A stretch of 64,000 bases of DNA from Phoronis australis. Lineage: Eukaryota > Animalia > Phoronida. The notes under the pieces were generated by a model. It ran no database searches and was not told the origin of the DNA. It saw only the letters and a program-made list of their open reading frames with translations. The stretch spans positions 1-64,000 of the forward strand of contig NMRA01000450.1 of assembly GCA_002633005.1 (NCBI GenBank), read 5' to 3'. Below are positions 12,201 to 25,080 of the stretch, piece by piece. The translations under genes were made by a program, and so were the position numbers. Positions within the stretch are counted from its first letter, which is position 1. Each line of letters starts with the position of its first letter.

Positions 12201-15200
12201 ACAGACGTAATCCCCTCACCAATGCAATCTGAACACTTAATCTTAAAATTTGAACCACATTGTGTCGCTGAAGATGACCGTCGCGGAATCAACATTCAAG
12301 GAGTCTCCTGTTTTGCGATTTGGTTAAAGTTTTTTACTTTGTTCCTGCAGAATTCATTCCTTGCCAGAGCTAAATGATCTTTGTTAATATTCAACGTTTC
12401 AACTGGAAATCCTTATAGTCAATATATAACTTCTGCTCTGCTTGTTTCTTAATAACCTTTGGTTACATTTGGTTGCAGAGGTCGCTCAAGCCACGTCCCC
12501 ACCCGGTAAGTGCAATTACGGAATCCTTTGGCATCTGGCTCTGTTCTAGGCGTCGGTACTGTTTGCCAGTAGGCCCTGAGCTGTAGGGCGGTTTCGTGAA
12601 TACTTTTACTTGAAAATTTTATTTCAGCGTTTTTCGTGTCATTCATGTGTATGGATTTTAAATACAAACAGAACCCTCATTTTAGTGTGCTATATCAAAA
12701 CTGTCAAAATATTAATATTTGGAGTTAGTGTACTATGTATCACTTGAATAAGAAATGTTGTCTCGTCCTTTTTAACAGATAAATTTAAATGATGTCACAT
12801 AAAACAAGTTAAACGAGCAATCGTGTAGTGAAATATTTTTAAATCACAAAGACACCCAGTGCGTCGTAGTAACTAAACAATTTATAGATTTTTGTTTCCG
12901 AGTTCATCAAATCTGCAATTCGTTCTCGGTCATGTTATGCTTAAAAGTTGTTTTGGCAACAAATGTTTTATTAGAAGTGTCCGGTTGAAATGTACACCAA
13001 CAGAATTGTGACTGGTTTGATGGGGGCGCGCCATAGGGGGCTGGGGGGCTATATAGCCCCCACTTTTTTCAGTCCTGAAGCGCCCATGATAATGTGATGT
13101 AGTTCCGTTAGATAGATTCAGTCTCATACATAGTCGTTACGTTGTAGAAGTCGCATCAAATGACCAACATTTAAAATAATATGGGACACAGCGTGACATT
13201 TCTATTCGGAAATTCAAACTCTGCATTCTTGGATAGAATCACGATATTTATCAATTATTTCCCGCTAACGAAAATGACCTATAAGTAGGCCTAAGCGTAC
13301 GAAGTTACTTAAAATACATCTTTGAACATACCAGATAATATTGAACGTGACTTGTTATGGGTTGACTTTTTTGCGATAACCAAAGGCAATTGTGATACAG
13401 CTTACGTTAATGGGTATAGCGTATTCATTATTGACAGGGCTTAAAGTACAGATTTTTCTGTGCTATGACAGAAGATTGTAAAAATAATGTTATTTCTTCT
13501 ACAAATCAGCAGCGAATGTACCTTGTTTTGTTCTTCCGGCCAGGACAATAAATCAAAACGTTGTCCATTAATATCATAGGCCTATTTGTAATTTTTTGTT
13601 CACCAGTATGTTATGTGTGTTGTATGAAATCTGTTGTGAAGGGTACGGCCTCATTGCATTACTTCTAACCAAACCCGATCGTTTGTTATTTGATTATTTC
13701 ATTTTAGTGCCTCCAACTCAAAGGCGACAATATGGTGGTAAACGACTTACAGAAGATGACGGTAAGCAAATGTACACTATCTAAATGCTATCTCATACAG
13801 CTCCGGTTATAACAAGGTATTGAATCCGCAAACTCCACTCATTCATTCTGCGATCACGTGTTTTTATCTTGAATGAGTTACACGAGACCTGGGGGTGGTT
13901 TGCATGTTTGCACATGGCATCAGGCAACACCGTAAAACCTGACATGGATAATGGCTATTTTAGTGCTAAAATGGTTGCGTAAGGTTCATTTTTCCTTATG
14001 ACCAACATTAAGACAGAAATCAGTCTAAAAGCTGAGACCGAAAGTTAGGGTGCTCAAGAGTATCCCTAAGATTGGAAGTTTGATCTACACGGTCAAAATC
14101 AGTCGTCACTGAAAGTTGTTGAAGAACAATCTTTGTTGTTATTTTTCATAATCTAATGTCCCTAAATAATGACAAGTTGAAGATTGTCAGCTTATTTTTC
14201 GAGAACCGGAAAAGACGGAACGGTAAGACAATACAGTGCGACTTTCGTGGACAGGTGGAATGATATTTTCCAGACATTCCAGTGTTTTCTTACGTAAAAG
14301 AAATCCCAATTGTATCCACAATGTTAGAAACAAATACCCATTCCTGGCATTTAGAGTTTTACGGACAGATTATTCTTGAAACCATGTTTCACACATAACA
14401 TAGTACATTGAATTCATAACAGTTGGAGAAAGCGTGGCTTGTAAGCTCACCTATTTCAAATCCTGGATTCATTTCTGTCCAAGTTAAGACCCAACAGCGA
14501 AAACTTGTGTTCCTGAAAAGGTGTTTACAGAACTTTCGTCTTCGATCTTAACCTAGCCACATTTTGGCTTTAAAACCTTGAATATTTAAATTTCTAGCAA
14601 GCGCCGCCGCCGTCTAGTGACTTCCTGGAGAGCCGTGTGAACATTTTTAGTCATGAAAAACAATTTTCAAGAAAAAACCCAAGTAATAAACTTAAAAACA
14701 AATGTAAACATATAAAAGCCCTTGTAATTCTACATATTACGCAATAGTTTTTTTTATAGTAAAATAAACAAATGATAAAAACTGCACCTTGTTTCATTAG
14801 GGTAACGACCATGCTGGTGGCCGTCCTAAGAATTTGGTCGAGACGTCTGTGAAAACGTAACGCCAATTCACTGTCTGTTTGCAAGTGAAGTCGGAATCTG
14901 AGTTGCCGCCATGCACGAAAGACGTAAAGGCTCCAAATAAACCAAGTTATATACCTTCTTTGTTCTCTTGGCCGGTTTCGGGTCTTCGTTCGCCAGGATG
15001 AAGTACTACCATACTCATTTACATAAAAATAGTCTCGCAAAACAAGACTCGCGAGTTTATAATGGAAACTGGTTCTCGGGTGGTTGCCGGCACACTGGAG
15101 GAACTGGGGTTGTTTTTTAAATTAGCACTTCATTTGCATATTCACAATTCAATGAGACGATGCATCTTTAACGTAGACTCTTTCTTGGTCTATTAAGTCT

Positions 15201-18200
15201 TAAGTCACTTTTCATGAAACTGCCAAGATGAGCGTGGTAATGTATAAAGACATATTGAACATGCTTAAATTATGATTCGAGGAAGTTACACAAATAATTA
15301 AAAATAACCTCGGACCAGCACGACAGATCACCAGCAACACGTATCATCTATGTACAAATTACTAGGTACACACCAGCTAACATACTGTTAATCAGATGAC
15401 AACTTCTTTAACTCGATGTGTGTTTGTGTCTATAGTCGTTGCAACAACAGCCCTACATTTTGCCTCTTTCCCTTTTTAAGAATCCAAAGAACCGTGGGTT
15501 ACTTCAATAGTAACACGTATTCTTGTAAGGAATTGTCTTCAGCTGAGTGGATAACGGTTATTTTGGCCCGCGACTATCCCAGTTTGTGAACACTTAGGCC
15601 CTTCTCCCACTGGAAAAAAATAAAATATATTCAGAATGGGTAACTTTTCATGTTTTGAAGACATACAAAGAGTACTCGAAGTTGTGAGTTATTGTCAGGT
15701 TTCATAATGGTACTAAAAATATTAACAACTCTGAAAGCGTTCGTGACCACAATCATTTGGAGTAGAATCTCGAGCGAACTTGTTGACGATATACTCATAC
15801 GAGCATTCTTGAAGAGGAGATTAATAGCTAGAAGACTTCACTTGGAACCGTAACTTCACAACTGTATCGTACCTTATTTTACATTGAGTAATGATTACTA
15901 AAATCACAATCAGTATAAACAAATATAAATTGACCTATACGTACCTACATGTGCAGTGCACTTTTCATAAAAAGTATGCAACTTACTGATTTCAGCAACT
16001 TTTCCGGTATCAGTGTACTGGGAAAGAGAAAAGACGTTTTTAGAGCCTTATACACAGAAGTATGCAGCGTTGTTAACACCATGAGTGGTTCTAGGTGGTT
16101 CCCGGAAGCTGTAATCCCGATCATATCAGAGACCAGCAAAATTACTACAATGTTCGTCATTTAAATTGTAATATTCTTTAAAAACAAGCAGAAAGCAAGA
16201 TCTTACACATCTATAAAATACGAAAACGAAAAGCGTTTTTTCGGGTCTTGCGACACAGCACAATTTTATTGTTTCGTTTCAACTTCATATTTCAAATGAG
16301 AATAATAGGTGAAGTCCTGTCAAAATAAGAAGTTCTTTGCATATAGCATACTATTACAACACATATTCAAATGAAAATATTATGTGGCAATCTGTAAAGC
16401 CACTTAATATGTAAACAGATGAGAAACTAAACTGATCATATCTGTTGTTGCAATTAGTAAGTAGTCCGTGTTTCAGCGTTCATGCTGTACTTGTTTTTGA
16501 AAAGAATGGTGGTTTGGATGATGAGCGGTTGTACATAAGGCAGGACAATTTAAGCAAATCGCCAATAGACTGAAGGCTCAAAGATTTAAGTAAGTGCAGT
16601 GAGTTTGATATCAAAAGTAGACAGTTTTGGAAAAAAGTTTTTATGAAATTACTCATGTTCTACTGTCTTATACATATTTAAAATGGACGCGTTTGCTTTA
16701 AATGATTTGGTTGTCTGAGTGTATGTTGAGACATTTGAAGGAGGTATCACTATTTTTTGTAAAAGTGGTTATTTTTATATGATAGTATTTGCAAAGTTTT
16801 TGTGTGGATGACTAAAAACTATTTGTTTGTTTTTCGAAGTGTTTAAGGATGTACATGTAGTTTGGAGACTACCAGTCAGACAGTTAGTGACAGAGTTCTA
16901 CATTAAGAAATGCTTAACTGATACTAGTGAGATTTTTATGTTCAGAGGGGTTGTGACAGAAGTGCCTATAAGAGCGTGGAGTTGATGGGAATGTGGAATG
17001 CACTTTTTATGCCCTCAAGACGTGCATGACTTTCGTCGGGAACACCTCGGTTATTTACGGTACTTCAAATTGTCTTTCATGGTTGTTTCAAAAATTCACA
17101 TGAGCAAATAACAATCATCACAGCAAAAAAATTTAGTCGAGATTAGACGCCAAAAATACGGCTTCAATTAGCAGGAACCAACATTGCTACGCGACAGTTT
17201 GCCTCTTAGAGCACTGTTAACAATTCTAATTAACACTGCTGAATCAGCGGTACTCCAGCTTATTCTGGACGGAATTTGCCATACTTAGTCGCGTGTCATG
17301 GCGTAATGACACAAGTTTTCACATACGCAGATGCATGTACATGTATACATAGATTGTAGACAACAGATTCGTAACTCTGACATTTTCTTGTGATGTATCT
17401 TAGAGGAGGCGCCACCCTCCTAAATCTCCAGTTAGTGTATTGTGACGGTAAATTCTCGCATCTATTTTACTGTCTACAACAACGAAACAATAATTTCGAA
17501 ATTGAAACGCTGTTCAAAGCGTTCCAATAGTAGAACGGTTGGTATCGTGAGTACTTTTGGCAATGCTACTTGTCATATAATTGCAAAATTCAATTTGCAG
17601 TGCTGTGGAAACTTAGTCCTTAATATTTCGCCTGTATGGCCGAACACCCGGCCACACAACCGCTGACCATGATTAGGAGACGACGTACTTGCCTGAAGAA
17701 AGACGTGCTAATTTTGCCAGCTGTCGCTCGTGAATAATGACATCATGGCTTGTGCCTTAGATCACAGATTTCGTCCACTGAAAATATGCGGAGTTTGCGG
17801 CCCATGTCTATGATATATAAATCATATACGAGGAATAATTTGAAGATATATAAATATCCGAGGTGTTTCAGAAAATATGATATTGTGCTTTTATAAAGCT
17901 CGGAAACGTACAGGTTGATGCCTTTAAACAACAAAGAGCGAATGTTGAGAATTCAACATTGACAAATAAACAGCAGTAAATTACCCGTTAGGTGAATTAC
18001 CTTGATTAAATTTCCTGATAGAAAGCCTAATGCTATAATTTGGATTAAAAAACTATAACATTTGCATGAACTCTTAATTTGATTAGTAATTTTCACAAAA
18101 TTAACTTTTGAAAAGTGGAAATTATCTCCATAAAATTGTTACATGGGAGTACTACTACACCTGTTTCAAAGATGCAACAATTAAGGACCCTCTCATTGTA

Positions 18201-21200
18201 TTTGAAATATATGTTTCTTTCTTAATTTGCAGCGTGTTGCGACCAAGATGAAGGTTATTGTGCCATTTACGCTGAAGTCACTTGCCGAACTAGCGAACTA
18301 ACAAGAAGGCGTTGTCGTCTATCTTGTGGACTGTGCACGCAAAGTAGGTGTTTTGTTGTCCTTCGGTTCCAATGAGGTTAAAATTAAATACTTACTTCAC
18401 TACTAGTACCAAGTGCCAACCGTAACTCACTGTAATAGAAACATAAAGATTGGACACTGAAAATCAGTTTGCTCAGAATTTCTACTCAAATATGCATTGA
18501 AAACTACGAAATCGTATCTAACAAGTCTTTGAATACATGCACCTTCTTACATTTGATCTCAACAAATTGTCGCTGATTTGGTGACTTGACGGCGACAATG
18601 TCAAGAAGCACCAAAACCATAAATTGAACGAGGGCGTTCACACACATCCGTATTTTTGATGAACGCTCCCGAAGAAATTCCGAAAGTCGATTTTTGAGCG
18701 CCTTCCATCGTCAAACCCTCATCCTGTTGTAACAGTCGGGCTGAAAGAAAAGTAAATATGGGTGACAGCCGATGACCTGGGCAAAAGTACGAATACTACT
18801 TTAGGGCACATAACTTCCACGTAATACAGTGTCCATTTTAATGTATTTAAACTCTGATTGATTTTGTAAAAACATGTTGTTTATAACTGAAGAACTGAGG
18901 TTAACTTGTTGGCTAGCAACATACTATGTTCAGTGATCAGCGTGCTTTCACATATCTATTGGAAATCTCCGTCAAAAAGCCTAGTAACTGCTGTGCTTCA
19001 ACAAAGAGTAGCACACAATGAATTGAGAGTTTTGCATTTGTTTTGGAAATTACGTCTCCATTTTGCCACTCACACAAGGTTTCGGAGGTTGAGGCACAAC
19101 AAGTTTGAGGGAGGTGCACTGATATGCCGTAAAATTTAACAATTTCGAAAAATGTCACAAATGTTACGTTTTACGTCATGTTTAAATTTTATGTTGCTAA
19201 GATTCTCCTAAAATGTAATATGTTGTTACACTTTACGCAGTTGTTACATTTTACGTCGAATGCGCATGCGAGAAATGTATCATTGTTACATTTTACGAAG
19301 CCAACATCACAAGCCAAATGAAAAAATCACGAACAAGTGTTGTCTGGCATGGCCAATGGTACCGGAGTATTTTTGGACGAGGGGTGCCGCCGGAAAATTT
19401 GAATACCTACCCCTTTAGAGAGTGGGATTGGACAAAAAGTTACCCATTTAGAGAGAAAACTTGTGTAAAAATCACATTTTTGCACAGTTGCGTTCCAGAA
19501 ATTCAGAAAAATGTATTTTTGTAGAAAATGTTTTGTCGAAAATGGCAACAATTTTGAGAGTATTTTGTACTGTGAAAAAGTACACTTTGGGCTGCACTCT
19601 TCGTATACCTCTTGTATAGCAATACCTCCGGGATGACGCTGCATAAATTTGGCAAATTATTATTATTATTGTTGTTGTTATAATTATTATAATACTTCGT
19701 TTTTCGCCGAGGAAATATTATAAAAAGTAGTCATAGCATACATAGATGATGATGTAGCCGTGTATAACTGTGTTATAAAACCTGGAATTACGACAGAAAA
19801 GCAAAGCATACAACCGTTCTCATCTCTAGAGAAAATAACAAAATAACCCTGGCAATGACGTAAGGATTACGCAATTTGGCGGACTATAAGAGTTGCGGTA
19901 GTTCTTTAAACTCATCTCTTTATACAAGTGTATAACACCACTCACAGCTCACACTCACTGCACTGAACAACTCCTTACAAATGACAATTGGACCAAATAT
20001 ATGCCACAAATCATAAGCATATCTGTCAAATGCCAACTGAAATTTTAGTTTCAGCAAACCAGATGAAAATTCAGGTGAAAACGGTGTTATTAAAGAACGC
20101 AAAAATGCAACTTAAACCATATAGCGACATCATTTGGCCAAGTACTCTAAGCATATTATTACGCCAAACACTGAAATCATAACCTCCGGCCGGGCCTAAC
20201 CGTGTGGTATTTAGTTAATACAAGCAAATACAATCGATAATAGTTGTAACAGGTTTTGTATTATGGTATTCTTTTGTTAATTCAATAAAGTTTAACAATC
20301 AATTAGCTTTTGTAATACCGTCTTTTTCTGGTCGTCTGCTTAACATAATGCCGGTCCAGTGGTACCAGTAGCAGAAGGCTACTTTTCTGTTAATTCATTA
20401 TTTCATGTTAAATTTATTCCGTACGTTGATTAGCCTATAATTTGTGCTATTTTACATGGAAAAAAACACATTAGATGAGCTCAAATTTCGTCGCAATTCC
20501 GCAAAGACATATTAACAGAAGCTACCGCTTAGCACTGAAAAATTCGCATAAATGTGCGTCTCAAAAATAGTTCACGCGGTATGTACGATAATTCGCCCTC
20601 CTTTAAATCGGCTTGAATGTCACGTACCTCTGTATAATAAACCTCAATTTTCACCGTGTACGTTATATAACATATATAAGTACGTTATTATTTCTGTTGA
20701 GCTTACCAAGGGAAGTGTGTTTACTGAAATGCCGGATACAAAACTTGTTTTTGACCTGTGACCGCCAACAAGAACGCTTTAATAATAACAGACTTCATAC
20801 GTGACCCTGGAAACTCCTTTCTTCTGGAGCTGAAACTGCACTGGGTACACGTTTGACTATATTATCTTTGTTAAAAATCATAGGGACACATCTATAAATT
20901 TGAGCTGACGCATGTGACAGAATTTCAGTGTGTGAACCTCCGTGTGACAAATGCCATGCAAACTCATGAAATATGACGTCGCTTTCGTAAAATGTAACCA
21001 CGGTACAATTCTTGCATGTGCATTTGACGTTAATTGTAACAACTCCATATAATGTAACAACTTGTTATATCTTATAAAAATGTTAGGCATATCAAGGCCT
21101 ACTTATGAAGTAGTTGCTTTGCACCAAACCTCTCCCTTAATCTTGCAACGCGGAACAGTAGGCAGTAGCTAAGTGTTAGGATGTTGAAACCTTCATTGTA

Positions 21201-22188
21201 TCGCGTTTCAGAATTCTAGGCGTGGGAGTATAATTCGCTGACAACTTACTTTCGTATTGTTTTTGCTGATACAGTAGTTACTGCCCAGCCCACGGAGCCA
21301 AGAGCGTACTGGAGTAGGAATACGTAAAGGACGGGTAAGGGGCACTCGCAAACTTGTCGGTCCAGACAATGACCATCGTTTCGACCGGCCTTCAAGTCTC
21401 TGAAGCTCCTACAGGAAAAATTTCGGCAAATTAAGCGTCACGCTTATTAAAACACATCGATGCCCAAATCGACAACTGGCCCTTTTTACACTGTGTGCGT
21501 CGGGAGATATGACGTCGCAGTGCAAAAATGGCCAATTGCAGATTTGGGCAACTCAACGACGAAATGCTCGAAAAAAGTTTGATTACGTAATATTTGTTTT
21601 AGTTGGAAGGAGTTAAAGACATCGGCGGACTCCTAAGGGGTCACTCTACGTACAACAAGTATTTATAGCAACGCAATTTTGATGTTTTAATTACTGTTAG
21701 CCATAATTCGCTGAAAAGCTTTCGGTGTATCGAGAGCTTATGTGACCTTCACTGTTCGCAGGCAGATCGAGGCGATAGTCACCATCTACCGGCGATTGGG
21801 CTGAAGTGAGTGGCACAGAGGGGATATTTTGTATTGGCGTGACTTTTAAATGGGTGTCATGTTTCAATGAATGGGAAAAGTCATGAGTTTCGGGGTTGCA
21901 ATAAACAACTGTAGGCGTGGCTATACCAGGTATGTCAGTAAAACTCTAGTACGTGAGTTGACAAATCTGTTGCTCGATTGGCGTAATGACAAACGAAGAG
22001 TTGAAAAGTTACCAGTAACATCCTGTTGCATTACAGCGTGCAAAGATCGACTGCAAAACTGCGCTTCATTCATTGATCAATGCCGAAATGTGATGCGCAG
22101 GGAAGGGATGGAGTATTATTGTGCCGCCACGTGTAATTTCTGCAAACCGTGTGGTTCTCGTTCCCGAAATGTGATCGTGCGAAAATGA
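9093..22188 (+). CDS. 3' part of a secreted multi-ShK-domain protein gene, a probable astacin-ShK paralog; exons 9093-9215, 12479-12505, 13708-13761, 18233-18343, 22037-22188
   Basis: Five GT-AG exons join in frame through phase-1 introns: (C)FNSHSDEYCNRVAALGRCDGSRYEKMECAKSCRYCDKRIKEVAQATSPPVPPTQRRQYGGKRLTEDDACCDQDEGYCAIYAEVTCRTSELTRRRCRLSCGLCTQTCKDRLQNCASFIDQCRNVMRREGMEYYCAATCNFCKPCGSRSRNVIVRK*. Three ShK six-Cys patterns end in CxxxCxxC. Confidence 0.75.
11414..12101. repeat. Pair of diverged ~185-bp direct repeats (about 11414-11598 and 11921-12101)
   Basis: Shared blocks tatgttcgacg..tccc, ccgtttccaa, gggaatt, tgaatgat and ctggaaagatgggcaa.aaaaa. Confidence 0.65.
12479..12505 (+). CDS. 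27-bp linker micro-exon (upstream paralog)
   Basis: ttgcAG...GTAAGT boundaries. Encodes (E)VAQATSPP. Phase 1-1. Confidence 0.55.
13708..13761 (+). CDS. Linker exon with RR and GKR motifs (upstream paralog)
   Basis: ttcattttAG...GTAAGC boundaries. Encodes (V)PPTQRRQYGGKRLTEDD. Phase 1-1. Confidence 0.6.
16480..17020 (+). mobile_element. Decayed L1/Tx1-like LINE ORF2 3' fragment
   Basis: Coding-like relic FWKKVF..KDV(HV)VWRLPVRQLVTEFYIKKCL..C, resembling the zf-RVT region. Many stops. Confidence 0.3.
18233..18343 (+). CDS. ShK domain exon (upstream paralog)
   Basis: tttgcAG...GTAGGT boundaries. Encodes CCDQDEGYCAIYAEVTCRTSELTRRRCRLSCGLCTQ. Confidence 0.8.
18430..18730 (+). mobile_element. 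Fragment of the same non-autonomous DNA element family as 26240-27105
   Basis: aaacataaag.ttggacact..gtttgctcagaatt.ctactcaaat..cacatccg..tttttga..acgctcccga..tccgaaagtc aligns to the reverse complement of 26780-27100. Confidence 0.65.
19120..21090. mobile_element. Inverted pair of a dispersed repeat with ttgttacattttacg subunits; third copy at about 40190-40440
   Basis: acgtcgaatgcgcatgcgagaaatg..ttacattttacgaa at about 19252 matches the reverse complement of about 20970-21030. The 40200-40440 copy gives nearly the same spurious peptide (KLLHYM..TSNAHAR..KATSYFMSL). Confidence 0.55.
21461..21550. repeat. Short hairpin / palindromic MITE
   Basis: Imperfect inverted repeat: tgcccaaatcgacaactggccctttttacactg ... 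cagtgcaaaaatggccaattgcagatttgggca. Confidence 0.65.
22037..22188 (+). CDS. Terminal ShK domain exon with stop codon (upstream paralog)
   Basis: ttacAG acceptor. Encodes CKDRLQNCASFIDQCRNVMRREGMEYYCAATCNFCKPCGSRSRNVIVRK then TGA. Confidence 0.85.
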
Positions 22189-24039
22189 AAGGGCTTGATA
22201 AAGACATCAACAGGGTCGTTTCTTTCTCATTACGTCGTCATTTACAGCTCGATGTACATACAGTGTAGTTTAGATAAGAGAGCTTGCCAAATGCAAAATG
22301 CTTTCAACGGATGTCGAATACATGCGTAATATTTGATTAGTGACTAAAGGTTTGATTCCAGGTTCCAAGTTCTGAGTCAATGTATTTAATCTGATGAGAC
22401 GATTCCTGTACACAACATAACATACTTTTAGAGAGCTTCTTTCCGCATTATCCTTTATGTTCATTTCCGACAGTGATACTGAACTGTATAGGGTATGTAG
22501 AAACATACTTCTAAGACTAAATGAGTAGTAGATGAATCTACACAGGTGCGTACCTACCAAATTTGCAAATATGCATGTACGTTGTGGACAAAAATTGAAA
22601 AATGGAGCTATAGAATTATTGAATGACTCTTATTTAAAATCTTGTAAAAGCAATGCACAACTCAATTGTGATAGTCTCACTTCTAAAAACGAGCAAAACT
22701 TTTGTTAACATCACAGTTTGTGACACGGTTTGCGCGTGTCTATTTACGCCCCTGCAAATTTTGAAGTATTTTCACATATTACTTTTATTAACCTTCGTCT
22801 ATTTTGCCATTACTTGATTTCAAAGTTTGGTAAGCTTCAGATTGTTTTGATCTCGTAGCTGTAAGATGGCATAGTTAAATTAGTGTAGTAGAGATTTGTA
22901 TTGTTTCAAGCATGGTAACCCATTGTTAAAATCTTGTGAAGTTCACGGGTAATAAATATAACCGTATCCACCGCTTTTCGACTGTCACTACATAACCACA
23001 AGCATGATTTAATATCACAATAGTTCCTACAACATGGTGCAAGAAGTGTCATACTGAATGGTCTGACCTTACTGTTAATGTATAAACCCATAAGGTGAAT
23101 GTTTCACGATTAGTCAGAAATTTGCTCTTACTCTCCAATCAGCAACATCTATGAATCTGACGTGAGCCAAAAATCAAAATCTCTGAGAATAAACACCTAA
23201 CCCCTAGTGGGCAAAGTAATGTCTACAAAACATTTTCAGACTACGATTTGGTAACGCATAAACCTTCCTACCATAATTGCGAAGCGGTAGATTATGACAG
23301 AATTTCTGTTGTCTTTTACCAAACATACCCCAAATCTTTCAGGCTATGGGACAACTGTCGTTGACGAACAGTACTGGGTCAGCCACTGAATTGAAGCGAT
23401 CAATTGCACACTCTTGGAGCAGAAAAGGCGTGCAACTTTTTCTTCGCGTGCGTGAGCGCGCGCGTTAGTACATCTGCGTGTGGGCATGTTCGTTAGACAT
23501 TTGAGTGACATTTTTCCAACATTGTAAACAAATTCAACGTCTTCAAACAGCGTGGGTCAAAATTTAAAAATAATAGCTTAGATTGTCTGTCAATGAGCAA
23601 TAAACAGTGCCAAAAATAATAAAATAATTATTACTGGTTTCAACCTCGGACATATTGTGTTATGATATGTAAGTTCAATAAATAACGAATCGAAACAGTT
23701 CCGTCGTGTTGTTAAGTTCCGCTAGCGGATCTGGGATGTCCCCGCAAATAACAAGCTTCTGTACAGGCCAAACTGCTCAAAAGGCCGTTATGGAAATTGG
23801 CAGGTGCGTTTGTACTGACATGATCACGACTGGCGTGGATTTTCAGATTGGCCGAAATTCTACCGACTGATCCGCATCGAATAATCGTGTTGATATGCTG
23901 TAATGATGGATGCAGCTGCAAAGGTCTGTATGCACAGCTTGGAACATTCAGAGCAGGACAATGCAACAAGAACTATTTTGTAATCATATAGATTAATGCC
24001 ATTGAATCGTTCAATAGATCAAACATCACGTATTGTGAC

Positions 24040-25080
24040 ACGAAACACCTTGCTGCGTAGTGACTGTTGTTTTTCAGATGGCACTTACTGAATTACTCGC
24101 AGTGCATTTTGGGATAATGCGATGATTTCGTTACTTGCCATTCATGTAACTAGTATTAAAATCCGATTAAAACTCACTTTGAAGAAGCTTCTACGGTCTC
24201 AGCAAATCTTTTAAATTCTGTACTTACCACGAAAGGTCGTGTTCTTTGGGAAGTTATAAAATAAAATGTTCATTTAGTTGACGAATTGCAATAAAGCGGC
24301 ACACACCAATACCCCATACCACCAGAGAGATTCTTCCGCTTGCCTCGTTTTCGCATTAGACGGCCGATCTGTGAAAATGTAGAATGAGACTACTTTGTTT
24401 TGGACATAGCCGTGTACAATTGCGAATCTATTTTCGTATCTCGTCAAGGTCATTCAAAGAAGGTAACATTAAATTGCAATCTTCGAGCAGAAAAATACAG
24501 AAAACAAGAGCAGAAAATACACAAAACCTACCGAGAGATGGCGTACATGAAGTAATGTTCCAAGAGACACTATCCTACGTATCGCGGAATTACTTGAAAG
24601 GAAACACCAAAGATGAAAACAACGGTTAGTGTACATTGAACTTGTAATATTTCCTGAAAATAATTCAGTAACAAAAATATGTAAAATTGTGTTTACCGAG
24701 GAATCGGCCTCTGAGTTGCTGACGATAATACATGTATTTAGCAAATAAAACTGAGACAGAAATGTCAGATAATCAGTAGTTCTGCACCAGATGTTACGTT
24801 CAGGACCTGTTGAGTGGTATTTATACTGCTGCAATTCTATTAACTTTAAACTTTTTGGGGACAATTTGATGATTAAACCGGCTAACTACGTCGAGTCCTT
24901 ATTGATCAACCTTTTGAACTTTCCATTCCAAGGTGCTCTGTTAAAGTAGTCGTCCCGGGAGTGCAAAGCGGAAACAATTTCACATGGCCTTATTGCAGTG
25001 GACTTATCGAACGAGCATTGGATAAAAGACGGGAATATTGAAGTACGCATACACATCACTAGCCAGCCAGCTAGCTGTAT
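24040..25080 (+). pseudogene. Possible decayed, intronless BTB/MATH-domain pseudogene
   Basis: SGPVEWYLYCC..FPFQGALLK*..DLSNEHWIKDGNIEVRIHIT resembles a MATH domain, especially its last strand. Only weak BTB-like traces upstream. Multiple stops. Confidence 0.3.

Noticed and set aside
14651-15040. 129-aa minus-strand ORF
   Set aside because: No recognisable domain or splice context; looks like repeat-derived intron sequence.
22951-22956. AATAAA as the poly(A) signal of the upstream ShK gene
   Set aside because: Plausible, but the hexamer is too common in this AT-rich DNA to assign without transcript data.
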